In this document: piece by piece, positions 51,950 through 62,389 of the stretch
How positions within the stretch are numbered: the first letter of the stretch is position 1
How the letters are laid out: the number at the start of each line of letters is the position of its first letter
Assembly: GCA_977017575.1 (NCBI GenBank)
Contig: CDRNVI010000089.1
Location: forward strand, 62,001-126,000
From: Paramoeba atlantica
Taxonomy: Eukaryota; Protista; Discosea
Length of the DNA stretch: 64,000 nucleotides
Direction: 5' to 3'
Position numbers and translations under genes: made by a program
The notes under the pieces: model-generated
What the model was told of the DNA's origin: nothing
Database searches by the model: none
Seen by the model: the letters and a program-made list of their open reading frames with translations, nothing else

Positions 51950-54070
51950 TTAAGAATGTCGTGTAGTATTATGTTTCTCTCTTTTGAAGTACAACTTTTC
52001 GGCTTGCAACTGAAAAATGTTGCGCTTGAAGTCTCTTTTAAATGTCTTTAAACCCTTCCGTTTTCTTCGCTTACCCAAGTCTAATGCTGCGTCCCACTCC
52101 GGATCAGAAGACTCTTTACCTATTCGCTCTTGTGGAGGCAACGAGTAGAGATTTTGCGTCTGTGCGTTCAAATTTTCATTATTAGATATCGTTTGATCCT
52201 GATAATTTAACCGAGAAAGAAGGATGTTACGATGTGTTTCCGCAAGCATTTTAAAGGGAACAGATTTCGTTTTTTTGGCATGAGTGGAATCAATATTTCC
52301 CCCCTTAGAATTCATGTTGCCTGGTTTTAGGTTTTCTAAAACGTGCTCACCGGTACATACTTTACTTGGAGAAGCAAACGCAAAGGCCGATGAATCATCT
52401 ATTTCAGATTCTATTGATTTACGTATATGCGAACCAGAAGGATGCGCATTATTTTCTGTTTTTAAATCTGGGCAAGTTATTCTACTACCCCTCGCAGAAC
52501 TTTTATCAAGTGTCTTACGAAACAGTTCACCACATTCTGTGTGATGAGAAGAATGCTTTAATAGGAATTCCTGACCAGTTTGACTAATGGTTTTGGAAGC
52601 AGATGTGCTAGAACAAATATAAGGGGGGTCTTGAATGTAAAACAATATGTATGCCGGACTCTTTAGAACTTCATTTGAAGAAACAACTCTTACTGAGCTA
52701 TCATTGCAACAGTACCATAAAGCCTGACGAGAGTCTCCTCGACAATAGCTATAGTAGTGTCCGCAGGTCATCCCATGCCCTTGATGTACATTCACCGCGA
52801 ACAGCGTATACTTGACATTATGTATCAATTTTTGATCTGTTTTGCTAGGCATGCGACTCTTCTCTTCTGGGAAAGAAAAAACGTAACTATTACGCTGTGA
52901 TGAAGGCACCATTTCGAATAGGTCAGGAAAAGATATCGATCGATTAATTTTTCCACGCCCGCTGAATCGCTTGAAGTGTAGAATAAGAATCCGTGGAGGA
53001 AAAACAAATGAAAACTGTCGTGTGGCGGAAACCATATTGCCTTTAACTGTTTTGTAAACATTGTGACCCAGAAATTCCTCTCGAGTATAATGTGTGAGGC
53101 ATTCTTGCAAAGTGTGACCCACTACTTCAAGACTTAGCACAGTACTTGACTCATATGTGTCGGAAACACCATCACGAAATCTCACACGACTTTGCATCCA
53201 TCCGCCGAATAGTCGACGCACTACAGTGGTCTGTAAAGATCCGCTGTCAAGTGTTTTAGATCCCACTTGTTCCTTTTCCAGTCCTTGCAAAAGTCCAAGT
53301 AGATATTCGTGACTATCTTCTTGATTACCCAAGTGCATTGTTCGACAAACGGAGCGCAAGTGACGAACAAAAGCCGATGGGGGAAGGCTGCCTTTATTTG
53401 ACTCAGTCAACTGCTTCGTAAGGATACATAATTCTCTACTGACGCTGAACGATTGAAATGCCTTGTCAGCGGAATTGACGCTAATTTTTGCTTTAGTTTT
53501 GTCTGCCCACCACTGTAGACTGCGCCGAAAAGGATAAAGATGGACCAAGCATTGCAGTATACTATTGAGAAAACATGTGTTGCCCTGATTTTGTAGACCT
53601 GTTTGCCAGATAATATTCGAATCAGAACCTTGTCGCAACATCCAATCCTCAACAATATTGATTGGTACAAGCTCGAATTTCGGAGTCGGAATCTGTTCTA
53701 CGATTCGCTTTAAAATCGGGCTATGAATAGAGTTTTCTTCATGAAAAGTAAAATCAGCCGCCCGTCTATCTTTCGCGTCAGGATCGATGCTTGTGCCAAT
53801 GTCCTCAGGTAGACACAGATCAGAATCAACGGAGTGTGTTCTTTTCTTATCTTCAGCATCGAGACTCGTATCGTTCGGGTGCATTTCTGTACCAAGGCCC
53901 AACTGCTTTGGAAGATTGAAGCGTGTGCCAATAGGTAGTAAATTGTTTAGACAGGGAAAAGAAGCAATAAGATCCTTATTTTGCTCTTCCTCACCGATAA
54001 TTCCGGACCGAAACTGTATTGGCTCGTCGACGAGCAGACTGTAGCACAGCGCAACTTGAGAATTTTCCAT
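51950..54070 (-). CDS. USP36: Ubiquitin carboxyl-terminal hydrolase, USP36/42-like
   Basis: Cys box GLQNQGNTCFLNSILQCL, QEDSHEYL, His box HQGHGMTCGHYY, WYCCNDS, and C-terminal EWDAALDLGKRRKRK. Confidence 0.88.
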   Translation of the reverse strand: MENSQVALCYSLLVDEPIQFRSGIIGEEEQNKDLIASFPCLNNLLPIGTRFNLPKQLGLGTEMHPNDTSLDAEDKKRTHSVDSDLCLPEDIGTSIDPDAKDRRAADFTFHEENSIHSPILKRIVEQIPTPKFELVPINIVEDWMLRQGSDSNIIWQTGLQNQGNTCFLNSILQCLVHLYPFRRSLQWWADKTKAKISVNSADKAFQSFSVSRELCILTKQLTESNKGSLPPSAFVRHLRSVCRTMHLGNQEDSHEYLLGLLQGLEKEQVGSKTLDSGSLQTTVVRRLFGGWMQSRVRFRDGVSDTYESSTVLSLEVVGHTLQECLTHYTREEFLGHNVYKTVKGNMVSATRQFSFVFPPRILILHFKRFSGRGKINRSISFPDLFEMVPSSQRNSYVFSFPEEKSRMPSKTDQKLIHNVKYTLFAVNVHQGHGMTCGHYYSYCRGDSRQALWYCCNDSSVRVVSSNEVLKSPAYILFYIQDPPYICSSTSASKTISQTGQEFLLKHSSHHTECGELFRKTLDKSSARGSRITCPDLKTENNAHPSGSHIRKSIESEIDDSSAFAFASPSKVCTGEHVLENLKPGNMNSKGGNIDSTHAKKTKSVPFKMLAETHRNILLSRLNYQDQTISNNENLNAQTQNLYSLPPQERIGKESSDPEWDAALDLGKRRKRKGLKTFKRDFKRNIFQLQAEKLYFKREKHNTTRHS

Positions 54071-54366
54071 CTTAGGTTGCTAAAAAAAGAAAATTTGTAT
54101 AATTGTAAAGACGAATATAAAAATGATTGCGGTGTTTGTATAACTACCGCTCTTCCCTCGATTATTGAAAACAAAGTGAACAAAAACAGTGAAAATAAAG
54201 AAAAAAAAAGAAAATACAGTAATAAATTTATAGTGGAAGAAAAAAATATAAAAGGGGGCTAAAAATTCACCTTGTTGCCAGGCCTTAAACAAAAAAAGGG
54301 AACGCCCTGAGGAAACTGTACTTTTGCTCCATCTCAATGAGGGAACTGTAATTTGGCTCCACCCCT

Positions 54367-54400
54367 CAATATGGGGGTGGATGACCCCACCCCCATATTG
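54367..54400. repeat. Perfect 14-bp hairpin, followed by three CCGTC(A/C)CGTAAT motifs
   Basis: caatatgggggtgg / ccacccccatattg with a 6-nt loop; the motif repeats lie at about 54413-54457. Confidence 0.85.
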
Positions 54401-54655
54401 TCGCTTAATTATCCGTCACGTAATTGAACCGTCCCGTAATTAAGCCGTCCCGTAATAATACCACGCACGGTAATGAACACTTAACAACCTGCGCTTCTCC
54501 TTAACGTATTTAACAAGATGAGAGAGATCTTATATATTTCTTTTCTTGTTCTTTAGATGAAAAATGACTTTTCCAGTTAAAAAACTTGATGATTAACTTT
54601 TGGAGGAAAAATGTCTCTTTTGACCTAATTTAGTGTTCTTGCGGCCCCTCTACTA

Positions 54656-54939
54656 CACCCCCTTTCATTTATAATGATAATTGAAAAAAAAGATTTTCAC
54701 CTCGGACTGTGAAAATTACTCAAAAATTAAAAAAAAAAAATTGTATCGTAACTCCTCCATGTCAGGTCGAGAGTTTTCTGTGATCTCTTTAATCCTGTCT
54801 TGTTTTTTCCCTTCGTAGACAAAGTATCATACTACACAGATGTATGTTATTCCTGATCTCCCCTTATTACGCTCATAAATAATACATGTAATGATAATCT
54901 AAGAAAAAATATTATTATCATTATTTGTGAGAGGGGGTG
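54656..54939. mobile_element. 284-bp TA-flanked MITE (Stowaway-like)
   Basis: TA|CACCCCCTTTCATTTATAATGATAA ... TTATCATTATTTGTGAGAGGGGGTG|TA, with 21 of 25 positions matching. Confidence 0.75.
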
Positions 54940-55412
54940 TAACAACTTCTCTTTGTCGATATGTAAAGGGGGGGGGGCGGATTTACTCGGATATTGCTCG
55001 CCCTTTCATAAATAAATGGCATTGTTTTTTCAAAATCCTTTGCCCTATTGTATTTTTATAGTTTGGGCCCTATACTACAGTAGCTTTCCACACCGTTGTT
55101 TTCTCAAGATATCCATTGTTCGAGCCGTGGTGCGCCACTCAAAATGACCCATTTTTGACTAAAAAAGTTGAAAAAGTATTTTTCGGACCCCAAGGGGCCT
55201 TTTTGTGTCGAAAGAATGGTGTGGTTGGAGTCGCATTCTCTACCCAATACGTTCGGTAAGCTTTGCTTCATCCCTACGAGTGATTTCCCACACGCAAATG
55301 TCGGATTTAGTGCTCTGAGAGCAAAAATACGCAAAAATCACCCCATTTTTACCAGAAAATCGGCTATTTTTGGCTTTCCGTTTTTCTTCAGCTTTTCTGG
55401 CCAATCTTTCTC

Positions 55413-55517
55413 TTTTAGGCTCTTCGTTAAACGCGGTGGTAGTTTTCAACGCGAAGCGCGCAGCATGAGTGACTTCTAAGTTGAAAACAACCACCGCGTT
55501 TAACGAAGAGCCTAAAA
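55413..55517. repeat. 38-bp inverted repeat (1 mismatch, 29-nt spacer)
   Basis: ttttaggctcttcgttaaacgcggtggtagttttcaac / gttgaaaacaaccaccgcgtttaacgaagagcctaaaa. Confidence 0.9.
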
Positions 55518-57364
55518 AGGATAGAGTTAATGAGAGGAGGAGCAGTAATATTAGTGGGCAGTGTAGCCTGAAGTCGAAGTATCCGTTTTTAGAAAATAGT
55601 CGATAAGTCTACTCGCTCATAGCAATTGAACTTCTTGCATTATACAACATATTCCGCGGCATGAATTTGAACAAGGGTTAAAGAGTAGCCCGGATCACAT
55701 AATATTTGATACACCATAGTCACGCCCCCATACTTTGCAGTTCCTCGAGTGTAGAACCATCGACCTCCTACCCAAATGCGATAGTTCTTCGGGTCGGTAG
55801 CAATCATGGCGAAAACTGACTTGCAGCCATATAGACTCCAAAGAAATACGAAAAGTTCAGATTTAGTGCTTTAAGGGCGAAAATAGGTGGCCAAAAAATG
55901 ATCCCATTTTCACCCGAAAATCGGCATTTGTTTAGCCCAAATCCCACTGATTTCAATTTTTCTAAGGAATATGTGTAAACTTATTTACCCAGAACTACAT
56001 ACTGCCATCCAGTGCTACCAAATGCCGCCAACAGAAGCCCTCAAAATAGCGGGCTTGCGGAATAATTTGCGCCCTGCACTCCCTCACTATGTGCCTCAAG
56101 ATGTAAAAAAAATAAACCATGTTCCAGGATAGTATACTATACTATACTACAGTGTCCTCTATATACTATACTACAGTCCTCTGTATACTAGTTAGTTAGT
56201 ACCTAGTAGTTAGTTAGTACCTAATAGTTAGGTATACTAAACCACAGTCCGGTTTAACATTCCGGGGAGGAATGTTAAGTAGCTACAGGAATGTTAAATT
56301 TTCAAGATATTTTTTTAAGATATTTTTTTGAACGGAAAAATAACTTCATTTATTCAGTATCTCCCTCTTCGCCCATTGCTTCGACTTCTTTTGCTTCACT
56401 TTCTTGGCGTTCTTGAACTTTCTTAAAGTACTCCGTCAGCGTACATGCGTACCGAAAACCTGGAGGACTCTGTAGGACTTGAGAATCTCCCGTGGTGGCT
56501 CTTCGTCGGTAGAGTGGGTGAAACTGTAAGCCACGGGGGGACAAGGGGGTTTTTCGGGGGGGGGATGTTAAAAAACGCATGGGACATCATAACATTCCCC
56601 CCCGGAATGTTATCTGGCTAGTTTGTCCATCATACGCTCGAGGCGCAGAGATACGTCTCTCTGTGTGACGGCCGATACCATCGGCGCATGACCCGCATAC
56701 GACGGGTGTCGCACAGAGAGTGGGGTGCGAGGTAGGAGACGAGTCGCCCATCGGTCATGCTACAGCACATATAGCCATGGTTCATGCTGCAACACGGTCA
56801 AGCCGTAGGTTCATGCTGTCAGATGGTCTATCGTGGATCATGATGCATCATGGAGAGGTCCGTTACCACCGCACTCGCTACAGCATGTAGGGAGAGAGGG
56901 GTGCAAGTTCGCATCCCCTATACACGCATACAACGTGTCCTCCCGCTGTAGCACACCCAGTGGTCCTCAAGGGAGGCCACCATGGCGCATAGCTCCCGGG
57001 AGAAGAAAGCACGAGAAGGAGAGAGCCGGGGAGGGAAGAAAGCTCACTCGAAGAGAGCGAGCCGGGAGGAGTGAAAAGTCCGAAGCGCGTCCCCTACTTC
57101 CGCGACAAAGAGGGACAATTCCAGCTAGCCGTCAGCCGGAAACGGGCATTTAAAAGTAAGAATATGCCCATTTCCTGGAAAAGAAAGGAAGGGCTAGCAA
57201 AATGTACAACGAGGTTCTGGCTACAGGAATGTTAAACCGGACTGTGGGTGCATTGTCAATGTCAGTGCACCAAATTGTCATACTCAGTGGACCACAATTT
57301 ATAGGATTGTCATACTCAGTGCACCAAGAGGTACATATTTTATCATAATTAGTAGCTTTTCTTT

Positions 57365-57785
57365 CTAATCGAAACTCGCACTTTATATGCCCGTTCTATA
57401 AAAAAATCTCACAGCACTGTTTGCCGAGAGTTGGTACGAAACAAGAAAAGGGGCAAGTATTACTTGGCTGGCCGTGCGAATTCGCCTGAGTAAAAAAGGG
57501 ACGAGGCCTCAGATTATTCGTGGAGCCGTCGAAGCAAAAGTTAAAGCTCGGCTCAAAAAATTTCATAGCCCAGAACAAGTGGCCCATACATTAATCGTTG
57601 GTTCACAGGGTTCCCCGTCTACTTCCACGATTTATCATTTCGTCCGACGGGATAAGGATGCAGGCGGTAGTGTACACAAGGCTCTACGCATTAGAGGAAA
57701 GCGCCCCTACAAGCTGAATAATCGACCTCGAAAATGTCTCAACTGGGAGATTCCTCAGAAATTTCGAGAGTTATTCCTGCTTTGA
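57365..57785 (+). pseudogene. IS30-family transposase N-terminal fragment (frameshifted, DDE core missing)
   Basis: ARSIKKSHSTVCRELVRN (HTH) followed by a frameshift into FHSPEQVAHTL...STIYHFVRRDKDAGGSVHKALR, matching the IS30 WSPEQIA / ETIY / DxxxGGxL motifs. Confidence 0.8.
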
Positions 57786-57877
57786 AGTAGGTAAAGACAA
57801 GTTAAAAGCAGAAGGATAAGTTGGAGAAGAAGGATAAGTTGGACCGTATATTATTCAATAACGCTATATTATTCAGA

Positions 57878-57954
57878 TTATTCAAATTACACTACATTAT
57901 TCAAATTAACACTATATTTTTCAAATTAACACTATATTATTCAAATTAACACTA
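57878..57954. repeat. Approx. 20-bp tandem repeat x4
   Basis: Unit tcaaattaacactatattat. Confidence 0.85.
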
Positions 57955-58240
57955 CGCAACACATTTATACTTTTAAGTGCACTTTTTTATACTTTTACAA
58001 TCTCAGGTGTTATGCAGCAGTAGCACACACGTTCGTACGCGGTGACATGCCCATTGCTTTTTCTTGGTGCACTGAGTATGACAAAATGTCGACATTTCAG
58101 AAGGGTTGATTTTTTGGGTATCTTTGGTGCACTGAGTATGACAAAAGGGTGGTGCACTGAGTATGACAATCCAGAGTGGTTTAAATAGGTACGGTATACT
58201 GTGACCCCACCTTTATACCGTCACCCCACCCTCACTTGTC

Positions 58241-58296
58241 CTACCATGTGACATATCCGCTTTCCAGAATTTGACGGCGGATATGTCACGTGGTAG
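58241..58296. repeat. 20-bp hairpin (1 G:T pair)
   Basis: ctaccatgtgacatatccgc / gcggatatgtcacgtggtag. Confidence 0.85.
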
Positions 58297-58444
58297 TCCT
58301 TTGCCCTTGGTCATTTTTCAAAATTTATTTTTCGTATTTCGAGGCTAAATAGGGGGGAAGGTGGTAGTTGTGGAGTATGGAGGCCTCTCGCAACTCCGGG
58401 GCCTCACCGGGAACAAAGGTGAAATTATTAGCCGGTTTATGTCG

Positions 58445-58695
58445 CAGACGGGTAAACAAGATCTAGGTTCATTGGCCCGGCCGGCCCCTCCGTGCGTTCG
58501 GCCTCTCGTTTATCTTACAGACGGGTAAACAAGGTCTTGGCTTTGCTAGGGGTTGGGTATGGCGGAAAAGTTGGGCTTCGCAAATTGCTTCCCACTAACG
58601 TCGGACATTTTTGTCTTGCAGACGGGTAAACAAGGTCTTGGCTTTATTACGGGTTGGGTATGGTGGAATTTTTGGGCTTCGCAAATTGCTTCCCA
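58445..58695. repeat. 101-bp-period direct repeat with partial copies
   Basis: CAGACGGGTAAACAAGGTCTTGGCTTT...GGGCTTCGCAAATTGCTTCCCA at 58518 and 58619; partial copies at 58445 and 59348. Confidence 0.85.
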
Positions 58696-58711
58696 ATACA
58701 GCGTTCGCAAA

Positions 58712-58775
58712 AAATTTGTGAATGTTTTATTGTGCAACTTTTGAAATTGTTGCACAATAAAACATTCACAAATTT
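58712..58775. repeat. Perfect 27-bp inverted repeat, 10-nt spacer
   Basis: aaatttgtgaatgttttattgtgcaac / gttgcacaataaaacattcacaaattt. Confidence 0.92.
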
Positions 58776-59394
58776 CTGTTGCACAAATATTTGTGGAGAT
58801 CTTTTTTGTTGAGGAAAATGTAGGCGGTATGGATAAATCCAATCCAATCCAAATCACTCCGGATTGCTCCGGACGGTCGCTGGTAAGACAGACCATTCAC
58901 AGACAGATTTGGAATAGTAATGGTATGAGGGTAATTCGGTATGAATAGTAATGTACTGTGTGTGTATATTCGGACGTGTAGTAAGTATTAATAAATATTG
59001 CGTTTGAAAAGAAAATTAAACACAATCAAAAAAGGATTTAGGCACAACCATTCAGAACTGCTGAAGAGAACCAGGGGGAACTGCTAAAAACAAGGGGGGA
59101 TATGCTATCGACCCTGTGTACGATACCATACCCCCTCCGGTATGGTACGAGCTCACAGGTATGCTAACCCGGACTCTCGTTTAGGTTAAAAAGCAGCTTT
59201 AATTTTAGGATTTGAGCAAAAAAAAAATTAAAATAAAATTTACATTTTTAAAAAAGTTGCACGTTAAAAAATTCACAAATTTTTGTTTTCCTGTTTTTTG
59301 TTACACAAATAATTGTGTTGAGTGTAACGTCAGAAGTTTTTGTCTTCCAGACGGGCAAACAAGGTCTTGGCTTCCGCATTTTTTTCTAAATTTA

Positions 59395-59612
59395 CAATTT
59401 TTTTTGAAGGGCCTTTCTTCAATTTTTTTAGGGGCTCAATTTTTTTGGAGGGTCTCAATTTTTTTTGAAGGGCTCAATTTGTTTTCGAAGGGCTTGCACA
59501 AAATATGCATTATCAGTGTGCGAGTTTTATGCATTATCATTGTGCGAGTTTTTATGCATTATTAGTGTGCCTATATGCATTATCAGTGTGCCTATACGCA
59601 TTATCAGTGTGC
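59395..59612. repeat. Two adjacent minisatellite arrays (TTTTTTGAAGGGCTCAA-like x5; ATGCATTATCAGTGTGC-like x5)
   Basis: Read directly from the sequence; the second unit recurs at 61758-61825 and 62390-62399. Confidence 0.85.
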
Positions 59613-61548
59613 GATCAGAGTGCACGCCGTTACGAGAGGGGGGAGCCATAAATAATGCAATGCCGCTTCATAAATCGTGGAGAAACGCTTGGACCCAATT
59701 TCGTGCCACCACTGAACATCGCTCATACCACAAGTCCACTCGTAATCTTGGCAAGTCGTATATGCGTCCCACTCCTCTCGAGTAAAATCAAAAATAGGTG
59801 TTCCCGTTCCTATTAGATCATTCAAAGGATGTTTGGCAAATATTTCAGCGAGGTCGTGAACAGATTGGGGAGCTCGGAGACCTTCTAGTTCACTCTTAAT
59901 AAAGGATGCGACAGTGGGCATCTGCTCTGATAGGAACTTTATACTCTCAAACTTGTCGGAGATCCAGCGTGTGACCCCACCGAGTTTGGGAGACGTCACA
60001 GCCCGTACTTCGTGGGAGTGAGTAATAGATTTTACCACACTGGAGACTTTTGTACGCATTACCTCACATTGATCCTCCAAAGAAGTAGCTTGCTCGAGTT
60101 CGTTAAGTACATCACCTGCCTTCAATGAAACCTTAGTAAGCGTTTGTAGAGCCTCTTTCATCCTGATTATCGTGTCCTTGCGACCTTGCTTGTCGAGCTT
60201 TTCGCTATCCACAGAGCGATAGAAAGATTTAAAATATGACTCAGCGTTCTGAGTCTCTTCGTCGAACGTAGAAATGATATCTTCAAGAGCTCTGCCAAAA
60301 TATTTCCCTTTTTTTGCACCCACACGATCTCCCCCATAAAATATTCTTGACAAATAAGTTCTCACGTTCATGATGGGTTCATCCGCATAGTGCTGCATCG
60401 CATCTTTTGCAATGTTATGGAACAGATGGCCAAAACAAGGTAATAAAGCGACGTGGGGATTCTGTTTGTGCACACCAAGTATGATGTTTTCCCGGTCCGT
60501 GCTTCCTATAGGACGAATGCGTGAATATATTTCTTCTTCTGCAGAAACAAGGGAGTGGTGGATATTTGCCATGCTAGACTCTATTTCACGTCTTACGACG
60601 TTGTTTACGGGAGCCCCATCCGCCATTATATATCGAAGTTTGGAAAGACGAGCATCCGATAGGCAAGAGCGAAGAACTTCCATCAAGGATTGCGCCATTT
60701 CAACTCCATTGAATGACTTGTGTTTCGGATGGTAAATCGGAGGGAGAAGGAAGTTCCGGTCCACGACGTACAAGATTGCGATAAGTACGTGCTCATTTAA
60801 AACTTTGTCAACCCCCCCGTCTACCGTCAACCCAAAGAATTTCGCTCCGTCAATGCTGCGCCGAATATCATCCCAAATCATATCGGCAATCCGACGCTCG
60901 CTAAGGTGAAACTCGCGAGGAGAAGGAAGAATGCAAGCAACTTCTGAAGGTGAGACATCAGCAGGGAACTCCTCAAATAGGAGTCGAACACAACCCAGGA
61001 ACCCCTCGGTAGATAGATTACTTTGTGCGGCAAAATATGGAAGGGCTTCGGAGATATACTCTTCTAAAGACTTTGGGTTCGTTGTCTCCGCAGTCTTCAC
61101 TCAAGTCTTGAGATTTCGAGCAGCACTCCTTGTAGTGCTTGTAACACACATTTTCTCCCTTGCTGTGGGACACCCAGCCACAAAGATTACAGCGAATGTG
61201 CTGTATGTGTCCCATCGCATCGTTTCGGATTCCGGAGACGTTTTTGCGTGCCCAATCAAGGCACAATCGTTACGAACTTAGGTCACACCTCTCGTACACC
61301 AAGTGTCGTTGGCGATGAAGGCTCCCACAGGACCAAGGATAGTTACCGCCATTACTTTTCCTTTTCTTGGGCGGTGTGCTCTCATCGTTTTGAAGAGTGA
61401 TTGAGGCATTTATAGCTACCTGGGTAGGTGCTTCCTCTATCCGCGCTGTAACCATTGCGGCTCGCTCTCTATGATTTTTAGCAGAGGCCCGTCGGCGCGT
61501 GTTTTCCGGAACGGGTGTGGAAACGTGTTCCGCTGTGTTATCTCTCAT
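59604..61548 (-). pseudogene. hAT-superfamily transposase remnant
   Basis: FFGLTVDG (D1), IMADGA (D2), PCFGH (CxxH), TRW, and dimerisation-like WWHEIGSKRF...LHYLWLPP. An upstream C/H-rich zinc-finger piece (CNLC...H) is separated by a stop and a frameshift. The ORF is truncated before the ERxFS catalytic Glu. Confidence 0.82.
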
Positions 61549-61825
61549 ATGAAGGGAAAGTCGTGTTTAATAAAATGCAATATTCTAAGTAGACAAGAAT
61601 GATATGATTTGTATACCACTGTAACCCAAAGATAAAATTAAATCAGCGTATTATACAAAGCAAAAAGATTGGGGCAACTACGGCGAAACTTATTTTCCAA
61701 GAATATGCACTCACCAAAGTAGTATCTCATAGTACGTACTAAAATACTAGTTAGACTATGAGTTTTATGCATTATCAGTGTGCGAGTTTTATGCATTATC
61801 ATTGTGTGAATTTTATGCATTATCA

Positions 61826-62389
61826 GAGGGTTGAAACCTGTTAAGTTTTGCCGGGTTTTGCCAAGTTTTGCCAGGACACCTATTTTTTGGGGCGTCATTT
61901 TGGGAGACGTGTACGGCTTCAAGAAGGGGTATCTTGTGTAAACGACGACGTAGAAAGCTAGTCTAGGTCCCAAACTCTCAAACTATTATAGGTAACTGGC
62001 CATTATGACGCGTTTAGGAATAGCCCATCCTCGTTTATCTGAGAAGCTTTTATGCCCTGGGTGCAAAACACTACTGAACAGTCAATCTGCTTTACACCAC
62101 ATACCTGGATGCGTACAATGCTACGGTTTTAATGCCACAACAAAACACAATAGTTTGGTGAAATACCTGTTCGACTTAGCCAATAAGGCGGGGATACCGT
62201 GTGAAAAAGAGCCACGAGCCTTCAGTACGTGGCGGTGTGGTGTGTGTAGCCGAAAGATCGAGCCCGAGAATAAGTTTTGCAGCGCACGATGGAGACCAAG
62301 TATGTTCTTCACTATTTTTGACAAAGTACTTTTCTCCGCCACGTCAATGAGGAATATGCGGGTTTTGCCTTTCATAGGTTTCAACCCTC
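61826..62389. mobile_element. 564-bp TIR element with 3-bp TCA TSD (PIF/Harbinger-like signature)
   Basis: Perfect 14-bp TIR GAGGGTTGAAACCT; TCA at 61823-25 and 62390-92; removing it restores the ATGCATTATCAGTGTG repeat unit. Confidence 0.85.
62005..62277 (+). pseudogene. Fragment of an RLE-type non-LTR retrotransposon (CRE/SLACS-like C-terminal zinc knuckle)
   Basis: RLG...CPGC...HHIPGC...KHNSLVKYL..LANKAGIPCEKEP follows the CCHC + RHN + EP motif order. Confidence 0.65.

Larger units (their letters stand above)
57248..58175 (+). mobile_element. IS30-like deleted element with three inverted 20-bp motifs at each end
   Basis: TTGTCATACTCAGTGCACCA-type motifs at 57253, 57275 and 57307; inverted copies at 58065, 58125 and 58150. 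Contains IS30-like coding remnants. Confidence 0.75.
56242..58179. mobile_element. TIR element (CCACAGTCCGGTTTAACATTCC ends) interrupted at its right tip by the IS30-like element
   Basis: Perfect 22-bp IR at 56242-56263 and 57226-57247. GTGG is repeated at 57244-47 and 58176-79; removing the insert gives AAA|CCACAG...CTGTGG|TTT. Confidence 0.75.

Noticed and set aside
57252-58170. 2-bp AT TSD for the IS30-like element at the outermost TGTCA/TGACA
   Set aside because: ATTGTCA is part of all three left-end motif copies, so AT is likely part of the repeat. The GTGG duplication better explains the restored host TIR; the exact ends remain uncertain.
58188-58200. 13-bp direct repeat GGTACGGTATACT (also at 62817-62829) as a long TSD
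   Set aside because: The second copy is offset from the element end by 6 nt and the first overlaps the TIR. It is better explained as a short local duplication around a TA target.
57250-59620. CRISPR-like array (short repeats with spacers)
   Set aside because: The repeats are inverted end motifs or minisatellites without unique equal-length spacers, there are no cas genes, and the context is eukaryotic.
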